From positions 32,001 to 96,000 of the IMG/VR virus record IMGVR_UViG_3300035499_000522: DNA of 64,000 nt; one strand, written 5' to 3'. The DNA is from a virus (Duplodnaviria > Caudoviricetes). The position numbers and the translations under genes were made by a program. Under the pieces are notes generated by a model, which saw nothing but the letters and a program-made list of their open reading frames with translations, was not told the DNA's origin and ran no database searches. This document shows, piece by piece, positions 6,413 through 18,257 of the stretch; the first letter of the stretch is position 1; the number at the start of each line of letters is the position of its first letter.

Positions 6413-7936
6413 ATGAATACTTTTATGAATGAACTTGAAAAGACTACTAATTTTACTACAACCACTAATGGTGCAACTGCTCATAAGTCTACCTTGAGCA
6501 AGGTATATGATTTGTTTGCTTTTGGCGGTGCATATCGTAATCGCAGCGAAGCAGATTGTATTAATTTGTTTAAGAATGCTTATGAGGAAGATTCCTCTAT
6601 GGCATTGAAGTGTCTGTTCTACTTGGTTGATGTACGCGGAGGTCAGGGGGAGCGTAGATTCTTCAGAGTGTGCTTCGCTTGGCTTTGTAATGAGCATCCT
6701 GAAGTTGCTTTCCGCCTTGTAGATAAGATTCCTTTCTTTTCGAGATGGGATAACATTCTTTATGCAATTCCTGATTCTGCTACTTATGTTAAGAACGAAG
6801 CTTATGAAGTAATTAAGACTCAGCTTGCTCTTGATATGGATTCAAAGACACCTAGCCTTATGGGTAAGTGGCTTCCTTCAGAGAATGCTTCCGCTCAGAA
6901 AACTAAGAATGAGGCTCATAAGCTTAGAAAGTATCTTGGTTATTCTCATAAGGAATATAGACAGATTCTCTCTGCTTTGAGAAAAAAGATTAATGTTCTT
7001 GAAAGACTTATGTCATCTAATCAGTGGGATAAGATTGAGTTTGATAAGATTCCTTCTAAAGCTGGTCTTATTTACAAGAACGCATTTGCAAGAAATGATA
7101 TAACATCAGAAAGATATAAGGCATTTGCTGCAAACAAAAATACAAAAGTTAATGCTTCTACACTTTATCCTTATGACGTTGTAAAAAAGGCAATTGACTT
7201 TAATTACAGTTATGGCTTTTATGGTAATTCAGAAACTGATAGAAATATGATTAATAAGTATTGGGAAAATCTTCCTGATTATTTGAACGGAGCAGATTGC
7301 AAGATGCTTTGTGTTTGTGATACAAGCGGAAGTATGCGTGGAGGTGCTGCCGCTGCCCCTATTAATGTTGCGATTGGATTATCCATGTATTGTGCAGAAC
7401 GTATAGGCGGTCCTTTCAAGAATCATTATATTAGTTTTTCATCTCGTCCTCAGCTTATTGAAACAAAAGGTGTAGACTTTGTAGATAAGGTCAAGAGAAT
7501 ATATGACACAAATCTTTGCGAAAATACTAACCTTGTGGCAGTATTTAACCTTTTAAAGGATACAGCATTGAAAGCTAATGTAAAGAAAGAAGATATGCCC
7601 GAAACAATAGTTGTAATCTCTGATATGGAAATTGATGCAGGTACAAGTCCTTGCTGCTGGCGTAAATACAACGATTTTAAACGCTGGACAACAAAATCAG
7701 CATCAACTGAAATGGAAAAGATAAGAGAAGAGTGGGCGGCAGCTGGCTTAACGCTTCCTAGAATCGTGTATTGGAACGTTAATGCAACTACCGACATAAT
7801 TCTTGATTCTGGTCCTGATGTAACCTTTGTGTCAGGTGCTTCCCCCATAATATTCAAGTCGGTCATTACAGGCAAAACTGGAATCGACATTATGCTTGAA
7901 GTTCTTTTGAATGACAGATACGCAAATATTTTTTAA
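6413..7936 (+). CDS. DUF2828-family TROVE-like plus vWA protein (Ro60-like RNA-binding protein)
   Basis: T.NGA...ST...LF N-terminus, D.RGG.GER, KWLPSE, LYPY, MIDAS motif DTSGSM and ISDME. Own promoter at 6309-6337, no TAG codons. Confidence 0.85.
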   Translation: MNTFMNELEKTTNFTTTTNGATAHKSTLSKVYDLFAFGGAYRNRSEADCINLFKNAYEEDSSMALKCLFYLVDVRGGQGERRFFRVCFAWLCNEHPEVAFRLVDKIPFFSRWDNILYAIPDSATYVKNEAYEVIKTQLALDMDSKTPSLMGKWLPSENASAQKTKNEAHKLRKYLGYSHKEYRQILSALRKKINVLERLMSSNQWDKIEFDKIPSKAGLIYKNAFARNDITSERYKAFAANKNTKVNASTLYPYDVVKKAIDFNYSYGFYGNSETDRNMINKYWENLPDYLNGADCKMLCVCDTSGSMRGGAAAAPINVAIGLSMYCAERIGGPFKNHYISFSSRPQLIETKGVDFVDKVKRIYDTNLCENTNLVAVFNLLKDTALKANVKKEDMPETIVVISDMEIDAGTSPCCWRKYNDFKRWTTKSASTEMEKIREEWAAAGLTLPRIVYWNVNATTDIILDSGPDVTFVSGASPIIFKSVITGKTGIDIMLEVLLNDRYANIF

Positions 7937-7976
7937 TCATTAAGATAGAGAGGAATAAATGTAATGTTTATTCCTC

Positions 7977-8020
7977 TTTTTGATTTTTAAAAATAAATAT
8001 GATATAATATATATAGAAAA
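7977..8020 (+). promoter_or_regulatory. sigmaA-type promoter, identical over 44 bp to 16567-16610
   Basis: TTGATT-17-TATAAT within tttttgatttttaaaaataaatatgatataatatatatagaaaa. Confidence 0.75.
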
Positions 8021-8044
8021 ATTAATAAAAGGAGAAAGATAACA

Positions 8045-8254
8045 ATGAGAAAAAGTAAAATTCCAAGCATTCTTAATATCGTAGAGTTTATTATTGCTTA
8101 TGGGTGGTTAGCTTACATACTTGCCGCAATAATTTTTAGTATTCCAGTTTCTAATATTATTGTATGTTTCTATTGTTTATCTTATGGTATTTGTCTTATT
8201 TTAAATAGCATTAAAGAAATGATTGCAAAGAGGGATAAGATATTTTATGAATGA
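8045..8254 (+). CDS. Small membrane protein with two TM segments
   Basis: RBS and hydrophobic stretches. Confidence 0.7.
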   Translation: MRKSKIPSILNIVEFIIAYGWLAYILAAIIFSIPVSNIIVCFYCLSYGICLILNSIKEMIAKRDKIFYE

Positions 8255-8687
8255 ATTTAATAATATGCAACTTATAAAAATAAATAGTATATCATTTGAA
8301 AAGAAAACTTTAGGTTCAACCTTGAAATTTGAAATTACTGAACCTAAAGACTTTACTTGTCAAAATGTTGAAGCTTCTATAATGAACTTTCATAATGAGA
8401 TAGGAAAATTTTCTAAAAGCTGGTTAGAATTGTTTGCTCCTGATACTAAAATTTTTATTAATGGTACTTTAAGAGTTTCATTTGAAGATAAAGATATTAA
8501 ACCTCTTAAAATGATATTAAGAGACAATAGTACTCTTATTATTCCTGCTTTAAGTTCTATAGAATTTGACGGTAAATTTGATTTGTTAAAATTACTTAAA
8601 GGAGAAATAATTAAGATAGAAAATGAAGAAGAAGTCTACATAAATAGCATAGAAGATTTAATAAAGAAGGTTAAACCAGTTGAGTGA
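8247..8687 (+). CDS. Hypothetical protein
   Basis: ORF overlapping its neighbours in an operon. Confidence 0.65.
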   Translation: MNEFNNMQLIKINSISFEKKTLGSTLKFEITEPKDFTCQNVEASIMNFHNEIGKFSKSWLELFAPDTKIFINGTLRVSFEDKDIKPLKMILRDNSTLIIPALSSIEFDGKFDLLKLLKGEIIKIENEEEVYINSIEDLIKKVKPVE

Positions 8688-9030
8688 ATATGGAATCAGA
8701 GAAATAGAATCTATAAAGATGTATCCTGTTGAAAGAATTTATACTAAGAAAAATATTCCAGAATACCAAAAGGTATCTCATACTAAATTTAAAAGTTTTC
8801 TTTATAATAAAAACGCCATTACCCGTCTTAATACTTCAATGGATACAGTATCATATAAAGATGAATATGATAATTGCATAGCATATGTAAATTTATATGG
8901 AACAGAAACTTATTACATTAATCCTGATTTATATGCTCTTGGACAAGAGAAAAAAAGTAAAATTGAAGATGAATATTATGAGTAGAAAACAGGAGAAGAA
9001 TTAAATCTGTATATTAAGGAAGAGGTTTAA
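8680..9030 (+). CDS. Hypothetical protein (TAG readthrough at 8983)
   Basis: Readthrough ends at TAA 9028-9030, 1 nt before the next ATG. Confidence 0.65.
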
Positions 9031-9031
9031 A

Positions 9032-9253
9032 ATGAAAACTTATCTTGTTTACTTTGAAAATAGCAGAGGTATTGAAAGAGAAATTGCGGCGGTTGGCAGC
9101 CGAGAAGCAGCGTTTGTCGCAATTGATAAGTTTCTTAATGAACATAAATATAAAAGCTATTATAAAAATATAAGTGAATATCCAGATGGTTCTCTAAGTG
9201 TAGATGTAGGTAGCTGGACAGAAAGATTTATTGTAAGAGAAGGTATAGAATGA
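9032..9253 (+). CDS. Conserved small phage protein
   Basis: GAGG RBS, ...DVGSWTERF C-terminus. Confidence 0.7.
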   Translation: MKTYLVYFENSRGIEREIAAVGSREAAFVAIDKFLNEHKYKSYYKNISEYPDGSLSVDVGSWTERFIVREGIE

Positions 9254-9591
9254 TAGATGTAAATGAAGTAAAAGAATATATTGAAAAGAAAAATAATATA
9301 ACTCTTACTCCTGCATAGCTTTTAATATTGAAAGCTATTATACGTGGTGATAATATATATACGCCAAGACATATAGGCAGAACCACATTGTATACTGGCT
9401 ATGCTAATTATATGATTGAAAAATTAGCTAAAAGTACTAACTATAATTTAATGCCAGATGAATTTGATAGTGTTTTTACTTATGAATTGTTTTTTAAAGA
9501 TAAAGAATGTAAAGCATTATTAGAAAAAGGTGTAGCAGAAGCGTTCAAAGAAGAATATGAATGTCATTGGACAACGAAAGGAGAGGATTAA
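9250..9591 (+). CDS. Hypothetical protein (one in-frame TAG)
   Basis: ATGA overlap with the previous stop, in frame with ORF 9328..9591. Confidence 0.65.
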
Positions 9592-10644
9592 ATGGATTAG
9601 TATTCTTAGGATAATAAAATACATGATAAGTAGAGATTAAAAGAATTACAAGCCTTACCTCTTGACAGAAAAATTCAAATTACACAAACACGCTTGATAG
9701 AATGGTATACATATTGGCAAGGTAACTGTTATATTTCTTTCAGCGGAGGCAAAGATTCTACTGTGCTTTCCGACTTAGCAGCAAGAGTGTGCAAAACGTT
9801 AGGATATAAACTTATTTTGTGGTTTTCAGATACCGGACTTGAATATCCAGAAATAAAATCAAATGTTGATTATGTTGGAGCATTTCTTAAAAATAAATAT
9901 GAAATTGAAGTAGAAATAATTAAAGATTATCCTAAAGATAAAAAAGGAAATCGTATTATATTTAAAGATGTCATAGAAGAATATGGTTATCCAATAATAA
10001 GTAAAACAGTAGCAAGAGATGTTGGTAGAGTTTAGAAAAGTGGAGCATATAATAAAAAAACAGGAGAATATTCGTATGCTTATAAGTTATTACATAACTT
10101 AGTAGTTTAGGAAGATGGCTCACCATCTCAATTTAATAAAGGTAAGTATTTATATCTTGTTGATGCACCATTTAAAATTAGTGAAAAGTGCTGCGATGTA
10201 ATGAAGAAACAACCCGCACATAAATTTGAGAAGCAAACAGGACTTAAACCTATTATAGCAACAATGGCTTGTGAAAGTGCTTTGCGTAAAAACGATTGGA
10301 TAAAAACAGGATGTAATGCTTTTTCCGCAAAACATCAGAAGTCTACTCCATTATCATTTTGGACTGAACAAGATGTATTAAAATATATACTAGATTATAA
10401 TTTACCTCTTGCTTCGCCTTATGGAGAAATTAAGCAAGACAATAAAGGAAAATATTATACAACAGGTTGTAATAGAACAGGTTGCGTATATTGTGGTTTT
10501 GGCTGTCATTTGGAAAAAGAGCCTAATAGGTTTCAATAGCTTAAAGAAACTCATCCTAAATTATATGAATATTGTATGAAGCCACAAGAAGAAGGCGGAT
10601 TAGGTTTAGATGAAGTATTAAATTACATTAATATAAAACATTAA
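9592..10644 (+). CDS. PAPS-reductase-family (PP-loop) protein with several in-frame TAGs
   Basis: SFSGGKDS, DTGLEYPE, KCC, RTGCVYCGFG. ORF fragments 9694 and 10201 are in one frame joined by TAGs. Confidence 0.85.
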
Positions 10645-10645
10645 A

Positions 10646-10680
10646 AAAATCCTCATAGATGTAATTTCTATGAGGATTTT
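10646..10680. terminator. Bidirectional terminator between convergent genes
   Basis: aaaatcctcataga / tctatgaggatttt. Confidence 0.75.
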
Positions 10681-10683
10681 TAT

Positions 10684-12168
10684 TTAAGTTATTCTTACTT
10701 CTATATAATCTTTTGATAATAGTATCTATTCTATTTCAGATTCTGTAAATTGCGTAGTAGTAAATTGGTCATACTCAGGTATATTTGTACTTGTATTTTG
10801 GTCATATACATAACTAATAATAGGCCTTCTTAAAGCAAAAATACCTTCTATAAAATCTTCTCCTTTAGAAATAGAATCTTTATATTGAGGAATTGATGAA
10901 TTATCACTAAGTCCTAAAGTAGATGTAATATGAGATAAAAATATATTGCTATTATAAATGCGATTTAATGCTGGAGTCTTTTTTAAAAATTCTTTTGTGT
11001 CTTTTTCATAATCTTCACTCGGCGTAGTTTTTATATAACGAGCAATATCATATTTTCTTTCATTAGTAAGTAAGCCAGATTTTCCACTTGTATTATGAAC
11101 ACTTATTTTTATATATTCATTCCAACCACTATCACTATTTCCAAATCTTTTATATAAAGCATATGGTATCGTAGTATATCTAGATAAAAATTTATAAGAC
11201 GAAAAAGGTCCATTTGTAACATCGGCATAACCGCCTACACCAACAGCCTAATCTTCGCAATAGGTATTAAAAGTTGTCTATGCTGATATATTATTAGTAT
11301 ATACATAATAATGTGAAGTATAATTTAAATTTTGTATTTCATTATCTATTCCAATAATGTCATAATATATTCTATATCTATTATCTAAACTTTCAGCAAA
11401 CTCATAATTTGCTTTTAAAGTTCTCCAAGTATAAATATCTTTATTAAATTCATCTTGTATAGCTAAAAAATTTTTATACTATGTTCTATCATAAGAAGGG
11501 GCATACCATGGTCCATTTGCATAACCAGTATACATTATATTATAATAAGCTTTTCCTTCTGTTATAATAAATTCCTAATTATTTTTATAAATATCTACTT
11601 GCCTAAACTTTAATAGTATATCAGAATATAAAGTACTAAAATTGGTCTATGCTAAATCTGTATTACTTGCTATTCTTATATCTTCTACACTTTCTCCGGA
11701 AGAATTTATTATAGTGGTTAAATATCCTAATTTGTAAGTATGGGTTCTAGTTATACATTCTTCTAAATTTTCATGAAATTTTAATTTAAAAAGATATGGA
11801 CTAACTTGAATATATCCAATAACATTAGAATTATCAATAATAACTTTTATTTTTTGTTTGATTGGTTTTGCACCAGAAATAAAAGATATAATAAAATAAT
11901 ATACTCCATTCTAAAGATTTTCATATATAGAATATGTATGTTCATTAAAAGAAATAAGTCTATTATTATTGTTATATACATAATAACTAATTAAACAGTT
12001 ACAATAATTATTACTTTTTATTGTAACTATATCTGATTCTCTATAAGGCATCTTAAGACTAATAGAAACTATATATTTTGTTTTATTTTTTATATTAGTA
12101 GGAAGTTTAAACAAATCTTTATTAATATAACTTAACATCCATCTTTTTTTAAATTGATTTTTATTCAA
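10684..12168 (-). CDS. Hypothetical protein, about 494 aa (TAG-recoded)
   Basis: TTG start with AGGAG RBS. The frame was read through several TAGs and closes in frame at TAA 10684-10686 beside the terminator. Confidence 0.7.
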
Positions 12169-12212
12169 AAATTATCACTCTCCTTTTATATAAATTATAT
12201 CATAAAAAAAGA

Positions 12213-12249
12213 AAAAAGGCAAATATAAATTTCTTATATTTGCCTTTTT
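12213..12249 (-). terminator. Terminator after the LRR gene
   Basis: aaaaaggcaaatataa / ttatatttgccttttt. Confidence 0.7.
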
Positions 12250-12250
12250 A

Positions 12251-14077
12251 TTATGCTATACTCCAGCCATTTTTAAATATACTAATATAGCTTTGTAAAT
12301 TTGCGGAAGTCAAATCATCAATTACCGCAATCTCATTATCTTCCATAAACTAAGTTAATCCATTATATTCTTCATTGGATATTCTTGCCTCTGCTTCATT
12401 ATCTAAAGATTCTAATTCTTCCAAATTATTTACATCCCAAGTATCAGGGTCAATAAAATCTTCTGTATGATTATTATACCCATCTTTGTAATATTGAAGT
12501 AAAGTAGCTAAGTTTGTTGCTCCAATAGTTAATGTTTGACTACTAACCCCCGCCTTTAAATTACATATAGTTCTATGTAATGAATTACCTGTTAAAGTAT
12601 TTGACCTAATATTTAATCTAGTAGATAAAGACCATCCTTTTCCTAAAATAATATTTCGTAAATTAGGACAATAATAAATAAAATTATTACTATTAGTAAG
12701 CGTTAAAGTATTATTCTATTGAGCCACAATAGTGCCCGGTATTCTAATATTCTAAACAGGTATATCAGGATAAAAAAGAAAATAACCAATTGTAGTTGCA
12801 CCATCTCCAAAATAAACACTTTTTAACGCTGGCAATCCATTGCTACTTCTAAATATCTATGATGTAATAGTCGGTGGAGTTTTAAGATATTCTACAGTTT
12901 TTAAAGAAGTACAATTATGAAAAACATAGCTTCCTGTTTCAGAAAAAGAATTATCATAAATTTGTATAGTCTATAAATTAGTGCAATTCTAAAACATATA
13001 AGACCAAGCATTTTTTACCTTTAAATTTTTTAAATTAGTGCAATTAGAAAAAGCATATGGATATACTGTATAAGAATGCTCTAAAATATCTGTTACAGTT
13101 TCGTCTCTTAAACTAGCACATCCATAAAATGCATATTCTCCTAATGAAAAACTTGCATCTTTTTCTATTGTTAAGTTATATAATCCAGAACAATTATAAA
13201 AAGCATACTAATCAATTTCTGTTAAAGTGGAAGGCAAAGTAATGTTATTTAAAGCTGTACATCCATAAAAAGCATAATTTCTTATTGTTGTTAATGTAGA
13301 AGGAATATTTATTTTTGATAAATTTGCATTATTCTAAAACATATAATGAGAAATTTCATAATATAAATAATTTTCTCTATTTTCTATATCTTCTGGTAAA
13401 ACCACTTCATTTAAATTTGTACAACCATTAAAGGCATAATTTCCAAAATATAATGTTGAACCATTTATATTAGGTTTCAATATAGTAACCTTTTTAAGAT
13501 TAGTACAATCTTTAAAATAATAATGTTTAACAAAATTTGTTGTTATATCTGTTATTTTAGTTAAACCAGCAAAAGAATAATCTACTGGTTCTTCAATTAG
13601 CTATGTTAATGTGGAAATTGTTTTATTATCAAGGGAAGAACAACCACTAAAAGCATAACCATTAACTTTTAATTTTTTTATATCTTCTGGAATAGTAATT
13701 ATAGATAAATTAGAGCAACCATTAAAGGCATACTATTCAATTTCTGATAAATTATTATCAAATTCTATTTTCATAAGTCCAGTATTATTATTAAAACAAT
13801 ATTCTGAAATAGAATTTAAATTTTTTGGAAGGATTACTTCTGATAAAGAATTACATCCTTCAAAGCAATAAGAATCAAATTTTTTTAAATTTTCTGGAAA
13901 GCTTATACTATTAACGTTAATATTATTTCTAAATAACATATTGCTAAGATTAATAGTCTTATCTATTATTATAACATTTCCTGCGGGGCGACCATCGGTA
14001 CCAGTAGGATAAATTCCTAACTACTCACTAGAACCGCCGCCAGTTTTCCCTCTTTTTGTAAGATAACATTGTCCCAT
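12251..14077 (-). CDS. BspA-type leucine-rich repeat (LRR_5) protein, about 608 aa, TAG-recoded; probable virion adhesin
   Basis: Repeated YAF.GC..L..I..P..L..I units, ATG 14077 with GAGG RBS, ends ...KNGWSIA-TAA. Confidence 0.8.
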
Positions 14078-14078
14078 A

Positions 14079-15431
14079 TTAAACTACCTCAATTATCACA
14101 TTTAAATCAATAGATGGCTTTGTTTCATAACAATATGCAGTTATACTATTAGTTCCTGTTGTAGCCCTTGTTATGTAACCAAAATTTTCTTCTTCTTTCA
14201 TACCAAGTACCACATTTTCAGAAATCACAACATCCATTCTTGGATTTAAATCTTCTGTAATGCCATTTACAGTAACTGTCTAAGTATATGGAATATTATT
14301 ACTCCAATCAGAAGCAGACAAAACAAAAGTTTTATCTATTTTATTTGTTGAGACAGTAACTGTTCCATCCTCTCCCTTTAGACTTTTAAGCCATTCTTCT
14401 TCAGTCCCACTAAAACCATTATTAACAGCAATTTGATATGCGGAAGCACCATTAGAACCATTTCTTAGTCCTACTGTTGGCTGTGTACCATTAATATCAT
14501 TTATAGTTAAATCATAGCCACCATTATCAGTAGTTATAGTAGTGACTTGAATAGTAGGCGAAATTCCATCGTTACCATCTGCTCCATTTTTTATAGTAAT
14601 AGTATTACTTTCTGTTTCGTTAGTAATTTCAATACTGTATCCATTATCTATTTCTTCTGTTTTTATAGTAGGAGTATAGCCATCTTTACCAGCTTCTCCC
14701 TTTTCTCCCTAAGAACCAGTTAATACTTTCCATTTATCTTCTTCAAAAGTATCAGATGATGTATGTGCGGAGATACATAGATATAGAGCAGAATTGTATA
14801 AAACTACTTGATTTTCTTTATATTCAGTTGCGGCAGTCCATACTAAGATACCATCTCCGCCATTTCCGCTACTTCCGCCAACTGTAATTTCTGTCCAATA
14901 AGAAGAATCAAATGCGGTTAATGTAGCAGGCTAAGCAGTTGTACAAACTAAAAGTTTAGAATTATACCAAATAATAGTACCTAAAGAATAAGCTGTTGTT
15001 GCATTCCATGAAAAGACTTGTGGAATAGCTGTACCATAACTGTATATATACTAGAAATTAGTTGAAATTGTACTCCAAGTTCCCTAAGTATTATCTACCA
15101 TACATACATATAGCATAGGTGGTAAAGAATCTTTCTAAACTAAAACTAAAGAACCTTTATAATATGTTATATTTTCATCAAATGTATTATATCCACTTAT
15201 ACTAGTCCAAGACATTGGAGCAATAGGAGAAGTTACTAACTATCCATTTGAATTTTTCTATATAGTTTTATTATCTATTTCAATGTCGCTGCCGCCAACA
15301 GAAATTCTATTAGTATCACTTTCATCAAGATAAATTTTCTATTCATCTGTTGTAAAAATAAGCTAGCCTTCTGATATAGGCTAAGCATCTTTTTGTGCGG
15401 CAGTCAATTTATAAGGTTTAAATTTTGCCAA
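14079..15431 (-). CDS. Tail-fibre-like protein, about 450 aa, TAG-recoded
   Basis: AAGGAGG RBS. N-terminal EG(Q)LIFTTDE(Q)KIYLD, W..T.Y carbohydrate-binding-like repeats, collagen-like G-x-x stretch, SAYQIAV..GF.GTEEEWL.SLKG motif. Confidence 0.75.
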
Positions 15432-15600
15432 AATTATTAATCCTCCTTATATATCTTTTTCTATTGAAAATAATTTTTAAATTATTAATATTATATTAAT
15501 TTACCCTTAACAAAATAACTTAAATTGATTTTTTAAATAAATTATATTATAATATATATGTAAATAAAAATAATAAAAATAATTAAAGGAGATTAAGATT

Positions 15601-15822
15601 ATGAATAATAAGGAGGCTAAAGCTATGAACGACTTTATGTATGATTATATGAAGAATCATTGTTCATTTAATGATATTGATAAGTATATTAATAAATATA
15701 AAGAAGATAATATAGATATTTCTCTTAAAGACTATCTTGGATTTAATGCTGATAACATTGCTTCATTTGGTGAAGATGCGGTAAATAGTCTGCTTAGAAA
15801 AGTAATTTCATATAAAATATAA
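15601..15822 (+). CDS. Hypothetical protein
   Basis: Promoter plus AAGGAG RBS. Confidence 0.65.
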   Translation: MNNKEAKAMNDFMYDYMKNHCSFNDIDKYINKYKEDNIDISLKDYLGFNADNIASFGEDAVNSLLRKVISYKI

Positions 15823-15841
15823 GTTGAGAAAGGAAAAACAA

Positions 15842-16519
15842 ATGACTGAACTTTACTACTCACTACTGGATTATCTTAACGGAATATTTAGTCACCAGCG
15901 TATTCTTGGTCTTTTTGCATTTTCAGAGAAATCTTATTATGCAATTTATTTACCAAGTTTTGAAGAACTTTGTTTTGAGACAAGGCAGGAGAAGAATTAC
16001 ATTTATTATGAAGATACGGAAATTCAAATCGTAGACATTAGAGACCTTGATTCTTCAGCAGTACATGAAATTGTAACAGATGATGATGGTTACTTTAATT
16101 ATTTAATCAACACGCAATACAAAGAAACAGCAGAAAAGCTTATTAAAATAATAATAGGCGGAAAGAAAGAATTTGGACTTAATTATAACATCAAATATAA
16201 GGCGGCAATCGTAGATATTATGATGCTTGCAATCAAAGATGATGACTTCCACTCGTTTGAAGAAGCTTTAACAGATTCTGAAAAATGTGCTATGTATAAT
16301 ATATATAGCAATATTGAAAATCCTAGACATGGAGACATTTGTATAGGCAATTTAATAAATATATATGGATATTCTCGTTCAACTTACAACAGTCTGCTCG
16401 CAAAGATGAAACAGTATAAAATTGCAGAAATCTCATCTGGAGGACCAAAAGGCACTTGCATCCGCACTAATGATATATACGTTAAAGACATTAAAAAATT
16501 CTTAAAAGAAATGGATTAA
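15842..16519 (+). CDS. Degenerate nucleotidyltransferase-like N-domain fused to a CodY-type winged HTH
   Basis: C-terminal LTDSE...GYSRSTYNSLLAKMK...ISSGGPKGTCIR matches the CodY HTH pattern (LSYSE...GITRSVIVNALRKLE...SLGMKGTYI). Confidence 0.7.
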   Translation: MTELYYSLLDYLNGIFSHQRILGLFAFSEKSYYAIYLPSFEELCFETRQEKNYIYYEDTEIQIVDIRDLDSSAVHEIVTDDDGYFNYLINTQYKETAEKLIKIIIGGKKEFGLNYNIKYKAAIVDIMMLAIKDDDFHSFEEALTDSEKCAMYNIYSNIENPRHGDICIGNLINIYGYSRSTYNSLLAKMKQYKIAEISSGGPKGTCIRTNDIYVKDIKKFLKEMD

Positions 16520-16631
16520 AAGATTAAACAAGAAGCAGAAATATTTCTTATTTAAATATTTCTGCTTTTTTGATTTTTAAAAATAAATATGATATAATAT
16601 ATATAGAAAAGATAAAAAAGGAGGAATTATA

Positions 16632-17048
16632 ATGGGTCTTGATAATGGTATAGTTCTTAAAACAAAAGCTAAGATTAGTCATATTTCTTTGCCAAAAGTT
16701 ATAAAAGAAGATTGGCTTAATAAGGATTATGATAAGTCAATTGAAGTTTGCTATTGGCGGAAATGTTGGGGCATAAGAAATGAAATTATATATGATATTT
16801 TGCAAATCAATGAAGAAGCATTATATGATTATTCATTGACAATTGAAAATATTAATGATATAATTGATATATTAAAAAAATATGCTTATAATAAAAAGTA
16901 TTATGAAGATAATGCTCGTTCAATATGGGAATTTGAAGAATATAATGATAAACTTAAAGAAGATATCAAAAGGATTAAATGGCTTAAAAGATATATGAAA
17001 TATCATAAAGGCAATATTGAAAAAGTAACTTTTTATGATAGCTATTAA
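16632..17048 (+). CDS. Conserved phage hypothetical protein
   Basis: MGLD...EVCYWRK...FYDSY pattern, strong RBS. Confidence 0.75.
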   Translation: MGLDNGIVLKTKAKISHISLPKVIKEDWLNKDYDKSIEVCYWRKCWGIRNEIIYDILQINEEALYDYSLTIENINDIIDILKKYAYNKKYYEDNARSIWEFEEYNDKLKEDIKRIKWLKRYMKYHKGNIEKVTFYDSY

Positions 17049-17059
17049 AGAAAGGAAAA

Positions 17060-18244
17060 GTGGTAGATATGCTTAATAAAGATAATGAGAGAATGCTTGC
17101 TTACACCGCAAGAGTAAGCTGGGTACAGCCTATCGAAGGTGCTGATAACATTGAACTAATAGGCATTAACGGTTGGACTTGTATTGCTAAGATTGGAGAG
17201 TTCAAAGAGGGAGACATATGCGTTTATTTTGAAATTGATTCTAAGCTTCCTGAAGCACCTTGGTCTGCGTTTATGGCATCTAAGCACTATAAAGTAAAGA
17301 CTATGAAGCTTGGTAAATTCAAGGTTATATCTCAGGGTCTTGCACTTCCTGCTGCCGCATTTGATATTGATATTCCTCTTGAAGAAAATGTTGATATGAC
17401 TAAAACACTTGGTGTTACTTATTCTATTGAGGAAGATAACAAGAGAAAAGCTAATTCTGCTGATAAGTATGCGGCAATGACTCGCCGCCATCCCAATATC
17501 TTTAAGCGTCCTATTGCACGTTGGCTGATGAAGCGGGAATGGGGCAAGAAGCTTATGTTCTTATTCTTTGGCAAGAAGAAAGAAAACAAGACTTCATTTC
17601 CTACACACTTTGAATACGTGAAGAAAACAGACGAAGAAAGAATTGAGTGCGTTCCACATCTACTCAAAAATAAAACAAAACTCATAGCCTCCGAGAAGCT
17701 CGATGGCACAAGTACAACATTTATTTTGGAACGTAAGGGCAAAAAGAAATTTGAATTTTATGTACTTTCTCGTAATGTAAGACAGCTTACGCCTGACCAG
17801 AAATGCTATCACGATGATAATATCTATTGGAATATGGCTTTTAAATATAATATTGAACAGCATTTGAAGAATTACCTTAATGAAAATCCTGAACTTAAGT
17901 ATGTATGTCTTCAGGGCGAATCTGTAGGAAGCGTACAAGGCAATCCGCTCAAACTTAAGGAAGATGATTTTTACGGCTTTAATTTTATTCGTTCAGATGT
18001 AGGAAGAATTTCATCTCTTGAAGGTAAGAAAATCTTGGAATCTTGGGGAATGAAGTGGGTTCCTATTATCTCAACAGAATGGGTTAATCCTGATACTATG
18101 GAAGAAATGAAGAAACTTGCTACTGGTAAGTCTTTGGTTAATCCAGAAGTATACAGAGAAGGAATTGTATATAGAAGTGAAGAAGATAATAAACTTAGCT
18201 TTAAATCGGTTTCAGCTGAATACCTTTTGAAGCACAATATCTAA
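17060..18244 (+). CDS. ATP-dependent RNA ligase (Rnl2/DRB0094-like, N-terminal OB domain)
   Basis: PIEGADNIE, SQGL, KTDEERI, motif I EKLDGTS, QGE, REGIV, SFKSVS. Confidence 0.9.
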   Translation: MVDMLNKDNERMLAYTARVSWVQPIEGADNIELIGINGWTCIAKIGEFKEGDICVYFEIDSKLPEAPWSAFMASKHYKVKTMKLGKFKVISQGLALPAAAFDIDIPLEENVDMTKTLGVTYSIEEDNKRKANSADKYAAMTRRHPNIFKRPIARWLMKREWGKKLMFLFFGKKKENKTSFPTHFEYVKKTDEERIECVPHLLKNKTKLIASEKLDGTSTTFILERKGKKKFEFYVLSRNVRQLTPDQKCYHDDNIYWNMAFKYNIEQHLKNYLNENPELKYVCLQGESVGSVQGNPLKLKEDDFYGFNFIRSDVGRISSLEGKKILESWGMKWVPIISTEWVNPDTMEEMKKLATGKSLVNPEVYREGIVYRSEEDNKLSFKSVSAEYLLKHNI

Positions 18245-18257
18245 GGAGGAATTAATA

